Shown in pieces: positions 25,801 through 38,406 of a DNA stretch of 64,000 nucleotides. The DNA lies in NCBI RefSeq assembly GCF_046119375.1, contig NW_027362763.1, positions 97,650,001 through 97,714,000 on the forward strand, given 5' to 3'. The first letter of the stretch is position 1. Every line of letters starts with the position of its first letter. The position numbers and the translations under genes are program-made. Source of the stretch: Phyllobates terribilis (taxonomy: Eukaryota). The notes below the pieces were generated by a model that did not search any database, was not told the DNA's origin, and was given only the letters and a program-made list of their open reading frames with translations.

Positions 25801-25990
25801 TAATACTGCCCCCTATTTACAAGAATATAACTACTATAATACTGCTCCTAAGTACAGGAAAATAACTACTATAATACTGCCCTTATGTACAAGAATATAC
25901 CTACTATAATACTGCTCCTATGTACAAGAATATAACTACTATAATACTGCCCCTATGTACAAGAATATAACTACTATAATACTGCCCTCT
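22812..25990. repeat. 35/36-bp satellite, right block; array ends at ~25990
   Basis: Monomers run until the degenerate tgccctctatagagaag, then unique sequence begins. Confidence 0.97.
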
Positions 25991-27184
25991 ATAGAGAAGA
26001 ATAATAGTACATTTAATGGGTACGTAATTCCAAAATTTCACAGGCATAATCCTTCTAAGCCCAGCTTTTGTTCAGCACTACAGGTTTAATGTTTAGCACT
26101 ATTAGAGAAAATCTGGAAAGTTTTGGGGCGCTCTCCTATGGCATAGCTTTGAATGCAGGTTTTATACAGTTTCAGAATAAAAAGCCTTAACGAAAAGCAA
26201 TTGGACTGTGCACGACGGGAGCACGCTCATGCTGCCTTATTCAATACGCCACAGCAGAGGGGGAGCATTAAAAGTGGAGGATTTCAGCATGGAAAGCTTG
26301 TATCAAGCTCAGTATAATTAGCCGGTGCTCTGCGCTCTTGTACTCTACAGGGGAGGTTTCTCTGAAAAACACGGCTTGTGAATAATTAGGTACACAGCAT
26401 AGACCAGGAGCAGCGGGACCTAACAATGAAATCAAAGGCTTTTGTACATTTCTCTTACTGTACGGAACTTCACACCGGAATCTATTTTTTCCCCTTTCAT
26501 TTTTTTTCTTTTTTTGTGTTCTGGTACAAGAAAAGTAAATTGTTATGTTAATTGTGATGTAAAAGGAAGCATAGAAGAAAAAAATGCAATAATTAAAGGG
26601 GTTGTCCACCTTTGATGACAATTTTTTTTATTTTTACTTAGATGCATGTATTTTTTGGCTACAAATCATTTTTGCAGTTGCTTTTCATTAAAAGTTCTGC
26701 ACCATTTTGGCTTTTACACCCATCGTTCCCCAGAAATAGATAAAACTAAGAGACAACAGAAAAAAAATTTCGAACATTTTATCGAAGAGGATGATGCACG
26801 GACTTCTGTCTACTGGAACATTTTTTTTCAGTGGGAAACTAACAAAGAGTTAAGAATAATTGCCCTTTTGCCTGTTGGTTTGCACTATGAATCTCCATGT
26901 ATGGACAATTTTTTTGGAACTTTATACCAGACATTAACAGCACCCTGATTATGTAGGTTCAGTTGTTCACAAGATTACCCATCGGGTGGTGGTATTGCAG
27001 GGGCGATTGCAGATATTTACAACTGGCCCCTTTCTGATCTTGTTTTATAGGGACAGCCATGGGCCTAACAGTGACCCCTAAACATGTCCAACAGTTATAC
27101 CTTTCTGGGCAACATAGGTAATTTTTAACAATATTTTCCATTAGGTATTAAGCGCCAACATAATCTGCAGCTCTGAAAATATTG

Positions 27185-27403
27185 TCACCGGTCACATCAG
27201 TCCTAGTCCCCATGGGGACTCTCACATAAATACACTAGGACAATTTTCATAGAAAGCCAATTCACCTATTTATTCACTTCAAATGAGGGATAACATCTCA
27301 GAACCCAGAGGAATTTAATGCATCAGAAGGATGCATTTAGTACTCTGTATCAGTGGGACTTAGCCCCTGGGCTCTGGCACTGCAAGGCAATAATGCTAAC
27401 CAC
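27185..27403 (-). mobile_element. Degenerate tRNA-derived SINE fragment (V-SINE-like)
   Basis: Minus strand reads gtggttagcattattgccttgcagtgccagagccc..., resembling the tRNA-like head of vertebrate SINEs as I recall it. Heavily decayed. Confidence 0.45.
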
Positions 27404-30400
27404 AAATAATCAAATATATATGTTTTTTAATTTTGCAGCCCTCTTTTATAGGGTTAAAACTGACTGCTCTGATTACCTTTTTAAAATTCAGAATGGCATT
27501 TCCATTTGAAAGTTTTCACTTAGACTTATGCTCAGAATTTAAATGGAAGACAGAGGTAATTTAAGGGTTAGTTTCCCTCCAATTTGGGTCAGTTTCAGAG
27601 AGAAGGAGCAGCAGGTTGAAGTTGTGCCTCCTGAATAGCCTGCGACTTTAAGGTGGGTGACAGGGACAGTTGTCAGATACAGTAAGGTGACACCAGGCTG
27701 TGTTACAGAGGAGAGGTTACCTCTGTAAGTGACCCTGGAGGCAGCTAAAGTAAAGAGAAACTATATAATATTAGGCGAAGGGCTGTTGCTACTGAGAACG
27801 TGAAGCAGGTGGAGGGTGAGAATCTCACACAACATGTCACTGAAAAATCTAAAATTTTGTTGCTCAAAACAAAATAAAAGAAATTACTCAATAATGCGGG
27901 TCTTGTGTACAGATTCCATCCGGACTCGGTGCTGCTAAGCATCTATTATCCAAGGTCACACAGTACACAAGCCTGCTCCATGCACAACGTCCTACATAGA
28001 TGCACATTTATGCCCCAATATAGCGGCTTTCCTGAGATAAAAGACTCTTATTAGATTTATCACCCTCTTAAGATATTGAGTAATGGAATTATATTCATAT
28101 AGCACAATGCAGTGAGACACAGTAAGGCTCAGATTTTTCTTTCTTTTCACTTCCTCCCCATTTTTTTTGCCCATTTTTATCTTTTCCATTAATTTATTAT
28201 GGATTCTGTATCATTTTTGGATTAGTTTTTTGTTTTTGCAGGCTATTTTTTGTTGTTGTCATTATTAGGCTTGCTTTACATTGTTGCTGTGATTTCGATT
28301 TTCATTATCCAGATGCTTTTGTTTGTTTTTTCTTATTTATTCCAGATTCATCATTTGAGACTTTTGAAAATATCACAACATTTTTGCACAATTATACTTC
28401 AGGCGTATGGAAAACTTTGATATATAAACTGGCCTTTTTTTCTGGTGCATACAGCACATATAGGGCTATGATATGATACAAAGATAGACTAAAAGGGATC
28501 AGGGCAACTCTCCACCCGCAAACCAAAATGTGATTATACTTTTTCATGTACACTCCTGACCCCGGATGCCCTTCGTTGTGCAGCCGCCACCTCTTTTTGT
28601 TATTTCCTTGGCCCATTCTCCACCAGAGAGGCATTGGGATCGCTGTTGAAAGTGTAAGCCGCGCCTTCCCTGAATTTTTTCTGCCAATAGGATACAGCCG
28701 TCATTGGGACTAGCCCATCACAAACCAATGGAAAGACAGTGGAGGCGCGGTTCAGCCTTTCCACCGTGCTCCCTCTGCCTTATAGATGGCCACTTTAGAG
28801 AAGAGGTCAACAGGCCGCCAAACTAACAGATGTCACTATATAGTCATCTTTAAGTTCGAAGGTGGAGGGTTGCGTTAAGAATCACTATGCTACATACTAA
28901 TGAATCAGATGTACACCATTGACCTAGATTTGGGTTAGTCATTGCTGTGAGTGTGAGAGAGTCCCCAGTAGTGAGAGCATCGATGATCTACCCTTAAAAA
29001 ATGAATAAGTATCGAACCCCCACCAATCATTAATATCAGATTGGTGGGGGTCCGATACACAACACATTCACCAATCAGCTGATTGAAGGCCTGTGGCGTG
29101 ACACAGCGCTGTACATAGTTTAGTGGCCATGAGTGGTACTGCAGCTGTTTCCCATTTATGGCAGAATTCACGAGGTCACCTGTCTATTAAAGGTTTTGGA
29201 CCTAGGCTTCAAGCTATCCCCTATCCATATGGAAGGCTACTATGAGACCCGTAAATTGGGGGGCACTCTTTGCTAAACGGACCCCACCGCAGCCTAGTTC
29301 TTCTGAAATCTGTCATATATGTATGGCAATAGCTGGAAGGATTTGTTTGGAGCGCATGGCAGCAAGCTCTGATCATGATTCAACCGCTTAGATGCCTTGG
29401 TAAACAGCGATGACGACATCTAAGCGGTTAGATAGGGTAGCAACTTTCTGTCATCCTTTTTTGGGCAACGGGAAGCAATAACGAGAACCTGATGAGCTAA
29501 TGACATGTCCTAAGATTTATCGCATGGCCAAAACTCAACCCAACGGCTGCACGATTGTGGAACAAGATCGCGTGGCAACTATCTATCACGGCGGGCAAAG
29601 TTCCGGCAGCACGTGGCGTGTCGTCTCATCCCAAGTCAGATTTAAAAGGATTCAGTTGAGGGCTACAATTTAATTAAGCTTATATCAGTCAGTTTTATGG
29701 GGCTGAGCTGTAATACCAGAAACAGCCTGTGGGCAAGAGTGGCGCTATTATAAAAAAAAAAAATGTAAATAAACCCCTTTTTTGATTCTCAGAAAGCCTT
29801 TTTTTTTTTCTTGTATCTAACAACAGGGTTTACCCATCACGTCCGCCTCATAAAGAAACGAAAACAACCCCACCTCCAATCATGGAGTGGTTAAAAATGA
29901 ACACTGCGATACCGAGGAAGACAATATGTGCCGTATATAGAAACAATTACTCGCTATACATCCAAGCGGTAAAATTATCTGCACTCATTACGCCTATTAA
30001 TTTTCTAAAAGATCATTTGGGACCCGGTTCTAAGGCACAAACCCAAAGCCGCTAATTAGCAGTAATGCATTTTCTCTTCCAGCGGGATTAGAAAGCTTAA
30101 TGTTAATATAATAACATATGCCAAGACATGCCGAGCAGTGTGTGGGTTACAGCTTCGGAGCGAGGGGGGAAACTGATAGAACAATGGCACAGTCTGCTCG
30201 CGGCTGTCACTCCACCGCGCTACAACGTCACACAGACACCTACTTGCTCAGTGACTAACAATTATGTGGGTCTGCCGTACGGATGGAGGCAAATGTTACA
30301 GCCACCCGCTAATCCAGCACAGACTTCTGTGCAAAAAAAAACCCCTTCACTGCTGCCTGGATGCGAGCAATATTTCCCAACCCCACTTAAACTACAACTC

Positions 30401-31880
30401 CCATCCTATTTTAGAGGCACATTATGGCCATGTTATTCATGCAGTACTCTGTCGGGACATTTTTATGCTATATGTGTCCGTATCATGTAGCCACCCAGTG
30501 GTTGTGATGTGAACTGCAGCCTGTTGAGGGTTTTGTTGGCACGTCATGATAATGTATTAAAGGGGTTTAATTTTTTTTACTACGGACTTCCGCACCGACA
30601 GAGCAGCGGCTTCTCTTCCGCTTTGCGCTGTCGACAGGGGGTAACTGCTGACGTCATGCCGATTGACAGCTGGCTCCCCGCTGCATAACTGCGGGGAGCC
30701 AACAGTCAATCAACATGACGTCGGCAGTCATGCTCCGTCGACAGAGCAGAAGAGGAGGAGCTGCTCTATTGATGCTGGAGCAGCTGAATCACTGGCAGGA
30801 GCGCTTGGTGACCGCTCTGAGCATGCACCGGATAAAGCAGCCATTGTTAGTTTTTGGGCTTATAGTAAAACAAAATATATGGAAAAATAGTCTTGGACCA
30901 GCGAAGAGTGGCCCATGAAGAACTAGGGGGGGTATATATTGTGCTTTTTATTATACACTTTGGGTAAAATGTTTATTCTCGGCTTGCAGATTGTGGGCAA
31001 ATCCGCTGCAAATTCTGCAAAAATGCATTTTATTGCAGATTTTGACAATGCATTCAAATTAATTGGGAAAATTAGCACTAAATGAGCATAAATTGACATG
31101 TTGTGGATTTAAAGGGAACCTGTAAGCCCGTTTTTACATATGGAAGTAGTGGTACGACTGTATAGATGCCTGTCCCCCCAATCAAAATGATACCTTTTTG
31201 ATAGACATCCGATGTGCCAGTCATGAGAAATGTAGTGCAGAAACCATATGCAAATGAGGGTGGAAGTGCACTGGGGGCGTGTCAGAAAAATGTATTGACA
31301 CACCCCTAGTGCACTGATTTATTTATGGCTTCTATTCTTGATTTCTCATGACTGGAGGATTGGATCTCTACAAAAATGGTATCATTTTTACTGGGGAACA
31401 AGCACCAACACAGCCAGACCACTACACCCATATGTGACAAAGAGCTCAGAGCTTCCCTTTAAAATTCTGCACTGTAGGGCAATTTGTGTGCGACTGAGAA
31501 TAATTCAGATCTCAGCTACTATACTGTCATTGTATTTTGTATGGATTTTCCATCGGAAAATCAAAACAAAAATTCCTGGTAATTCGGGTATTCTTGACCG
31601 CTCCCTAAATCGGCGGATTTTGATCTCTCAGTTAGGATCTAAGGGATAACGTTTCTCTTTGTGGAGAATGACAAAGCCAGGCCTAGCATGTCAGAGTGAG
31701 GAGACTTAAATGCCTTGCATTCTCCTCTGGGAAATTAAATATGCAAATTGTCTCTTCAAATAGGAAGAGCACTAGAACTCTAGCGCCACCTATTGGAAGT
31801 AGCAATGCTAAAATTCAATATCGACCCTTTAACAAGCCTTGTCATAGGACTTAGGATAAAAGCCAAAACAGAATCTCAAT

Positions 31881-31925
31881 TTGCAGATATGGTGTTTCGT
31901 GATGTTGCCCCTCATCAGTGCAGAG
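31881..31925 (-). ncRNA. Degenerate hammerhead motif in the opposite arm of the palindrome
   Basis: Minus strand ctctgca-CTGATGA-ggggcaacatcac-GAAAC-accata-TC-tgcaa; helix II is broken. Confidence 0.5.
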
Positions 31926-32056
31926 TATGAGATCCCATTTGGCTAGGTGAGAGGCTTAAGACTGGGATCTAAGGGGTAATGTTTCTCCTTGTGGAGAGTG
32001 ACAAGCCCCTTAGTTCCCAGTCTTAAGCCTCTAACCTAGCCAAATTGGATCTCATA

Positions 32057-32104
32057 CTTTGCACTGACGAGAGGGCAATACCCCGAAACACTGTATCTGC
32101 AAAG
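32057..32104 (+). ncRNA. Degenerate type I minimal hammerhead ribozyme motif
   Basis: ctttgca-CTGACGA-gagggcaatacccc-GAAAC-actgta-TC-tgcaaag. Helix I is perfect and the core is intact; helices II and III carry mismatches. Confidence 0.65.
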
Positions 32105-32527
32105 TGAGAGTCGGGTTTGGCTTTTATCCTAAGTCATATGGTTAAGCTCGTTAAAGGTTCGATATTGACTTTTAGGATTGCTACTTCCAATAGGTGGCGC
32201 TAGAGTTCAAGGCCTCTTCCTATTTGAAGAGACAATTGGCATATTTGAGCTCTCAATTAGATATTAGAGTTTTGAGTCCTATAAAGAGATAACAAGAAAT
32301 CAATCAGCCTAGAAACTTTTAGACTGCAACATTTTTTTTTTCAAGAAGGAAATTCAGAGCATGCTTGGACTTGTAGTTTCAGATGCGCTGCAGACCATGA
32401 AGATCTCGTGCCCTACTCAGACACAAAACTACTCGCATGATTTCAACTCTTCCACCAAAACATCCTGTGTAGGGTTAAACTGGTGATGCAGAGCTAAATA
32501 TATATCTCTACTGTGCTGGCTGTTTAA

Positions 32528-33780
32528 CCCCTCCATGACGGGAGCATTTTCCATTTTTTGCATTTTCGTTTTTTGCTCCCCTTCTTCCCAGAGCCAGAAC
32601 TTTTTTATTTTTCATTCAATATGGCGGTGTGAGGGCTTATTTTTTTGCGGGACGAGTTGTACTTTTAAACGTCATCACTGGTTTTACCGTATCGTGTGCT
32701 GGAAAACGGGAAAAAAATTCCTAGTGTGGTGAAATTGCAAAAAAAAAATGCAATTCCACAGTTGTTTTTTTAAATTTTTTTTTCTTTCCATGTTCACTGA
32801 ATGCTAAAACTGACCTGCCATTATTATTCTCCAGGTCGTTACGAGTTCGTAGACACCAGACATGTATAGGTTCTTTTTCATTTAAGTGGTGAAAAAAAAA
32901 ATCCAAAGTTTGCTAAAAAAAAAAAAAAAGACCTGGGTGAGGGCTTATTTTTTTGCGCACTGAGCTGATGTTTTTATTGATGCCATTTTGGGATAAATCT
33001 GATGTTTTGATCGCCCGTTATTGCATTTTACTGCAATGTTGCAGGGACCAAAAAGACCATAATTCTGGAATTTGGAATTCCTTTCTCGTTACGCCGTTTA
33101 CCGATCGGATTAATTCTTTTTTATATCGATAGATCGGTGGATTCTGAACGCGGCGATACCAAATATGTGTATGTGTTTTTTTTTTATTATTTTATTTTGA
33201 ATGGGGAGAAAGGGGGGTGATTTAAACTTTTATATTTGTTATTTTTTTAATATTTTTAAAACCATTTTTTTTACACTTTCTGCATGCTTCTATAGTCTCC
33301 ATAGGAGACTAGAAGCTGCAGTTTTCTGATTGCTTCTACTGCATAGAGGTGATGATGAGCAGATCGCCTGTATGTAGCAGAAATGCTCCTGTGCTATGAG
33401 CGCCGACCACTAGGTGGCGCTCATAGCAATCTTTTCATGACAACCACAGGGGTCTGCTGCAGACCCAGGGTTGTCATGCCCACCCATCAGTGACCCGCGA
33501 TCACATGACGGGGTCACTGATGGGCGGGGTAAGTTGCGCGCTTCCGGCGCGGCGCTGTTAAATACCGCTGTCAGAGATTGACAGCGGCATTTAACTAGCT
33601 AACAGCCGCGGGTGGATCACGATTCCACCCGCGGCTGTTGCGGGCACATGTCAGCTGTATAAATCAGCTGACATGTGCCCTGTTCAGTGCAGGCTCACCG
33701 CCGGAGCCCCCGCCGAACTGGCCATTCCGACGTGGTGCGTACTGTTACTGACCACAGGGTATTTGGAAGTCTTTAAGGGG
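32528..33780. mobile_element. Non-autonomous piggyBac-like element
   Basis: Starts TTAA|CCCCT and ends ...AAGGGG(TT). No ORF; T-rich interior. Confidence 0.5.
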
Positions 33781-34174
33781 TTGTCCAACTTTGGGGACAA
33801 TTTTTATCTTTTAATTAAATGCATGTATTTAAGGCTAAAAATCATTTTTGCAATTGGGTTTCATTAAAAAATTTTCACCATTTGGATTTTATAGGCTCTT
33901 TCTTTTCCTGCACATACAACTTTGATGTGGTCTGTGGTCAGACATAAGCTGAGGAGCTCAGAAAAAGACAGATAAAAGAGTCAGAAACTTTGCCATTGGA
34001 CTGTCAGAATGTGCTCACTGATGGATTCTCAGTAAACTCATTTTGCAGCCAGCAATAGACACCGAGGCTATAGAACGTAAATGCTGCAACATTTTGAATG
34101 GAACCCAATTGTAAAAATTATTTTTAGCCCCAATTACATGCAAAAAAAGACTGTCCAGAAAGGGGAAAACCTCT
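33777..34174. mobile_element. TTAA-flanked T2/Kolobok-type MITE
   Basis: ttaa|ggggttgtcc...ggaaaacctct|ttaa with imperfect terminal inverted repeats. Confidence 0.55.
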
Positions 34175-35110
34175 TTAATTCACTTCACATATCTCAGGGA
34201 AAAAAATAAATGTTGCACACACAATTTATAAGACCAGAAATCTAGGCTAATTATTTTCAAATCAATATGGTGGTGACAGCTCTGTTTTTTCAGATACAGA
34301 GCTCCAATTCTCTTTACAAAATAATTTCAAATATTAAATTCTTGCTGCCAGCAGCTGCCACTAGAGGGAGCTCATTACATTTAATTTTTTAAATTGAAAT
34401 CAAAAATAGTAGCCTGAGCTCCCTCTAGTGGTGATAGCTGGCATGCAGAATTCATACCGCGATTTATCCTCCAATATGATATTGCTATAATAATAATAAT
34501 AATAATATAGGCAGCATTTTAAAAGAAATAGCTGATTAAGATTACATTAAATGACAGGGTATTTTGGATGACAGGTGATTGTTTTTTAATAATTTCCTGC
34601 TGCAATGATGGCTTGTTGACATGTACATGAGACCTCTGCAGCCAATCACTGGCTGCACAGGTAACAGTGTAGAGAGTTAGCAGGAAGTAGAGATCAGCTG
34701 GGGACATGGGTAAGCGGAACAGGAGTGACAAACCTATTAAGAAATTGCACTATTAGTGATTCCAAGATCGGGTGTAATAATTGGTATTGGTAACAGGGAA
34801 TATACTCAACTTTTTAATAACCAAATAAGTCATATAAACACTTCTAAGGGGGTTCCCTGTCTTAGATCACCAATATGAGCCTCTTGTATTGGCTTATGTT
34901 GCCTCCCCATGTAATAAATGGATGGCTATTCATTTGAATGGCTGCACGCAATACAGCATTTCACCTGTAGTGGCCACTGTGGGAAACAAAGTGACAGCAA
35001 CGTCCCTGACAAAATCAGCTATGTAGGAAATCACTAAAAGTCTATTTCTTTTTATTATTATTACTAGTATAAGCCATTCTGATAATATCATATTAGGAAC
35101 TGCCCTTTAA

Positions 35111-35486
35111 AGAGAACCTACCACCAGGTCAGAAGTGGCCAGTTTTTGCTCTTATCTTATTCCCGCTGTTCTCCTGAGTATTCCCTTTTTTTATTTTTTA
35201 GAATCCGCCATACGGTTCCAGAGATATGGGCCTTTTCATTTAGTGCTAATTTTTATGGTCTGAGGAGGCGGGGCTCACAGGATTCTCTGGGGGGCGTGTC
35301 TTTAGGTTATCTTGTGAGCCACGCCTCCTCAGTAAAAGACCACGAAAATTAGCACTAACTAAAAGGCCCGTATCTCTGGATCCGTATAACGGATTTTAAA
35401 AAAGAAAATAAGGGAATACTCAGGGGTGCAACGGGAATAAAATAAGAGCAAAAACTGTACACTTTTGAACTGGTGATAGTTCCCCT
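35111..35486. mobile_element. TTAA-flanked T2/Kolobok-type palindromic MITE
   Basis: TTAA at 35107-35110 and 35487-35490; ends agagaacct.../...agttcccct; ~150-bp inverted arms. Confidence 0.8.
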
Positions 35487-36466
35487 TTAAGCAGTTTCTT
35501 AGTAAAGTCTGATATACTGGAGGCATCATTGATGTTAATGTGAAACGGCATGTTTTATTGCCATTTGCTGTTAGAATAATATCAATTTTACTCAAATTTT
35601 CACATTTGTCTTAGGACCTTTCCGTGATTTATGTACGTGGCTCTAAAAAATTAATGCCCTTTCATATTACCATAAACCTAGCAGTGAGGCAATGTTCACT
35701 GCTCCATTATTTATGGCACCGAACAGCCTCCTGGTTTAAAAAGTAAAAAGGTCCTGCTGCCAGGTCCAAGGTGGGTGTTAATTCTGGAAAATAAACACGG
35801 GATTTGGGCCCATGTGAGATCATCACCTGCCATAACCTCTTATAAGACACCATCCTTCATTGACATTACGGCCCATGTAGCGCAGCAGAGCTGAGCGTGC
35901 TGCGGGTAACATAATACGGCATTAATCTGTCTGGACATTGCAAACCATAAATATGTCTGCTGTCTACGAATCCCTCCAGATCATGCCCATTAAGCAATAT
36001 TACCAGCTCGATGTAACTAGAGGTGGTGGGATTCCTCTGCCCAGCTATACTTAGCAATGGAAAAAAGCAACTGCATCAGAAACACTAGACCCCCGTCCAT
36101 CTGCCCCTATCCTGGGACCACGTGTCTGTCTGGATGTAAAAATACATCTGTTAATTGTCTGCACATCAGGCCTCACTCCGTCAGGCGATGACATATGTCC
36201 TGGCAGGGGATCTTTGGGGGGATATACTGCTATGATTTATGTCGTTATTTATATAGCACAAGTACTGTATATACAGCGAGGTGAATAGAAGGCATCAGGA
36301 TCGCTCCTGGAGGGGCTCACAATCCAATTATATACATAGGGGCAGTTCAAAAAGAGGCCAATACATTTTTTGGGGAAGAAACCACACAGAGATGAAAACC
36401 GACATCCATGTAGACACTGCACCATATCCTAAAAAGTCCTTGTGACACTAGTGACATGTACATATA

Positions 36467-38094
36467 CAGTACAGACCAAAAGTTTGGACACACCTTCTCA
36501 TTTAAAGATTTTTCTGTATTTTCATGACTATGAAAATTGTACATTCACACTGAAGGCATCAAAACTATGAATTAACACATGTGGAATTATATACTTAACA
36601 AAAAAGTGTGAAACAACTGAAAATATGTCTTATATTCTAGGTTCTTCAAAGTAGCCACCTTTTGCTTTGATGACTGCTTTACACACTCTTGACATTCTCT
36701 TGATGAGCTTCAAGAGGTAGTCACCGGAAATGGTCTTCCAACAATCTTGAAGGAGTTCCCAGAGATGCTTAGCACTTGTTGGCCCTTTTGCCTTCACTCT
36801 GCGGTCCAGCTCACCCCAAACCATCTCGATTGGGTTCAGGTCTGGTGACTGTGGAGGCCAGGTCATCTGGCGTAGCACCCCATCACTCTCCTTCTTGGTC
36901 AAATAGCCCTTACACAGCCTGGAGGTGTTTGGGGTCATTGTCCTGTTGAAAAATAAATGATGGTCCAACTAAACGCAAACCGGATGGAATAGCATGCCGC
37001 TGCAAGATGCTGTGGTAGCCATGCTGGTTCAGTATGCCTTCAATTTTGAATAAATCCCCAACAGTGTCACCAGCAAAGCACCCCCACACCATCACACCTC
37101 CTCCTCCATGCTTCACGGTGGGAACCAGGCATGTAGAGTCCATCCGTTCACCTTTTCTGCGTCGCACAAAGACACGGTGGTTGGAACCAAAGATCTCAAA
37201 TTTGGACTCATCAGACCAAAGCACAGATTTCCACTGGTCTAATGTCCATTCCTTGTGTTCTTTAGCCCAAACAAGTCTCTTCTGCTTGTTGCCTGTCCTT
37301 AGCAGTGGTTTCCTAGCAGCTATTTTACCATGAAGGCCTGCTGCACAAAGTCTCCTCTTAACAGTTGTTGTAGAGATGTGTCTGCTGCTAGAACTCTGTG
37401 TGGCATTGACCTGGTCTCTAATCTGAGCTGCTGTTAACCTGATATTTCTGAGGCTGGTGACTCGGATAAACTTATCCTCAGAAGCAGAGGTTACTCTTGG
37501 TCTTCCTTTCCTGGGGCAGTCCTCATGTGAGCCAGTTTCTTTGTAGCGCTTGATGGTTTTTGCAACTGCACTTGGGGACACTTTCAAAGTTTGCCCAATT
37601 TTTCGGACTGACTGACCTTCATTTCTTAAAGTAATGATGGCCACTTGTTTTTCTTTGCTTAGCTGCTTTTTTCTTGCCATAATACAAATTCTAACAGTCT
37701 ATTCAGTAGGACTATCAGCTGTGTATCCACCTGACTTCTGCACAACACAACTGATGGTCCCAACCCCATTTATAAGGCATGAAATCTCTCTTATTAAACC
37801 TGACAGGGCACACCTGTGAAGTGAAAACCATTTCCGGTGACTACCTCTTGAAGGTCATCAAGAGAATGCCAAGAGCGTACAAAGCAGTCATCAAAGCAAA
37901 AGGTGGCTACTTTGAAGAACCTAGAATATAAGACATATTTTCAGTTGTTTCACACTTTTTTGTTAAGTATATAATTCCACATGTGTTAATTCATAGTTTT
38001 GATGCCTTCAGTGTGAATGTACAATTTTCATAGTCAAGAAAATACAGAAAAATCTTTAAATGAGAAGGTGTGTCCAAACTTTTGGTCTGTACTG
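36467..38094 (-). mobile_element. Tc1/mariner DNA transposon, DD38E (Intruder-type), 1628 bp
   Basis: TA on both sides, CAGT...ACTG ends, 268-bp TIRs (36467-36734 and 37827-38094), transposase on the minus strand. Confidence 0.93.
36630..37680 (-). pseudogene. DD38E transposase with one frameshift near 36925
   Basis: MARKKQLS...WSDESK...QQDNDPKH / TSRL...PDLNPIE...GGYFEEPRI. I count 38 residues between the second D and the E once the apparent 2-bp deletion in cacacc is repaired. Confidence 0.9.
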
Positions 38095-38406
38095 TAAATG
38101 TAATACCTTCCGCAATGTGGACCTAAATAGGGAGTGGCTCATGCAAAAGTGGGCATAACAGGGGCAAGGGATTAAATGTTGGATGGTTGAATCTTTACAC
38201 CAGGCATTACAGCTCAGCAATCTTATAGTGCCTGCACAATTGCCAATATTTGAAAGTAGCTGATGGAAATTCCAGAAATTACAATTTTTTTCCTAACCAT
38301 GACCCATTAATAGACCCCATCTTGCCTTTATTTCCTGCCCCCCATTGAAGGGGCATCTAGACACTGGGATACAGTCTGATGATGAAGTATCATGGCACTA
38401 TACACA

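Larger units (their letters stand above)
31737..32246. repeat. ~240-bp inverted repeat (arms 31737-31976 and 32006-32246), Penelope-like terminal repeats
   Basis: The arms are reverse complements with scattered mismatches, and each contains a hammerhead-like motif. Confidence 0.85.

Noticed and set aside
1-25990. CRISPR-like regular repeat array
   Set aside because: No unique spacers, eukaryotic context, no cas genes; it is a satellite.
28555-28580. GHPG codons resembling FKBP1B exon 4
   Set aside because: Flanking residues (RLHNE / SGVY) do not match YGAT / VIPP.
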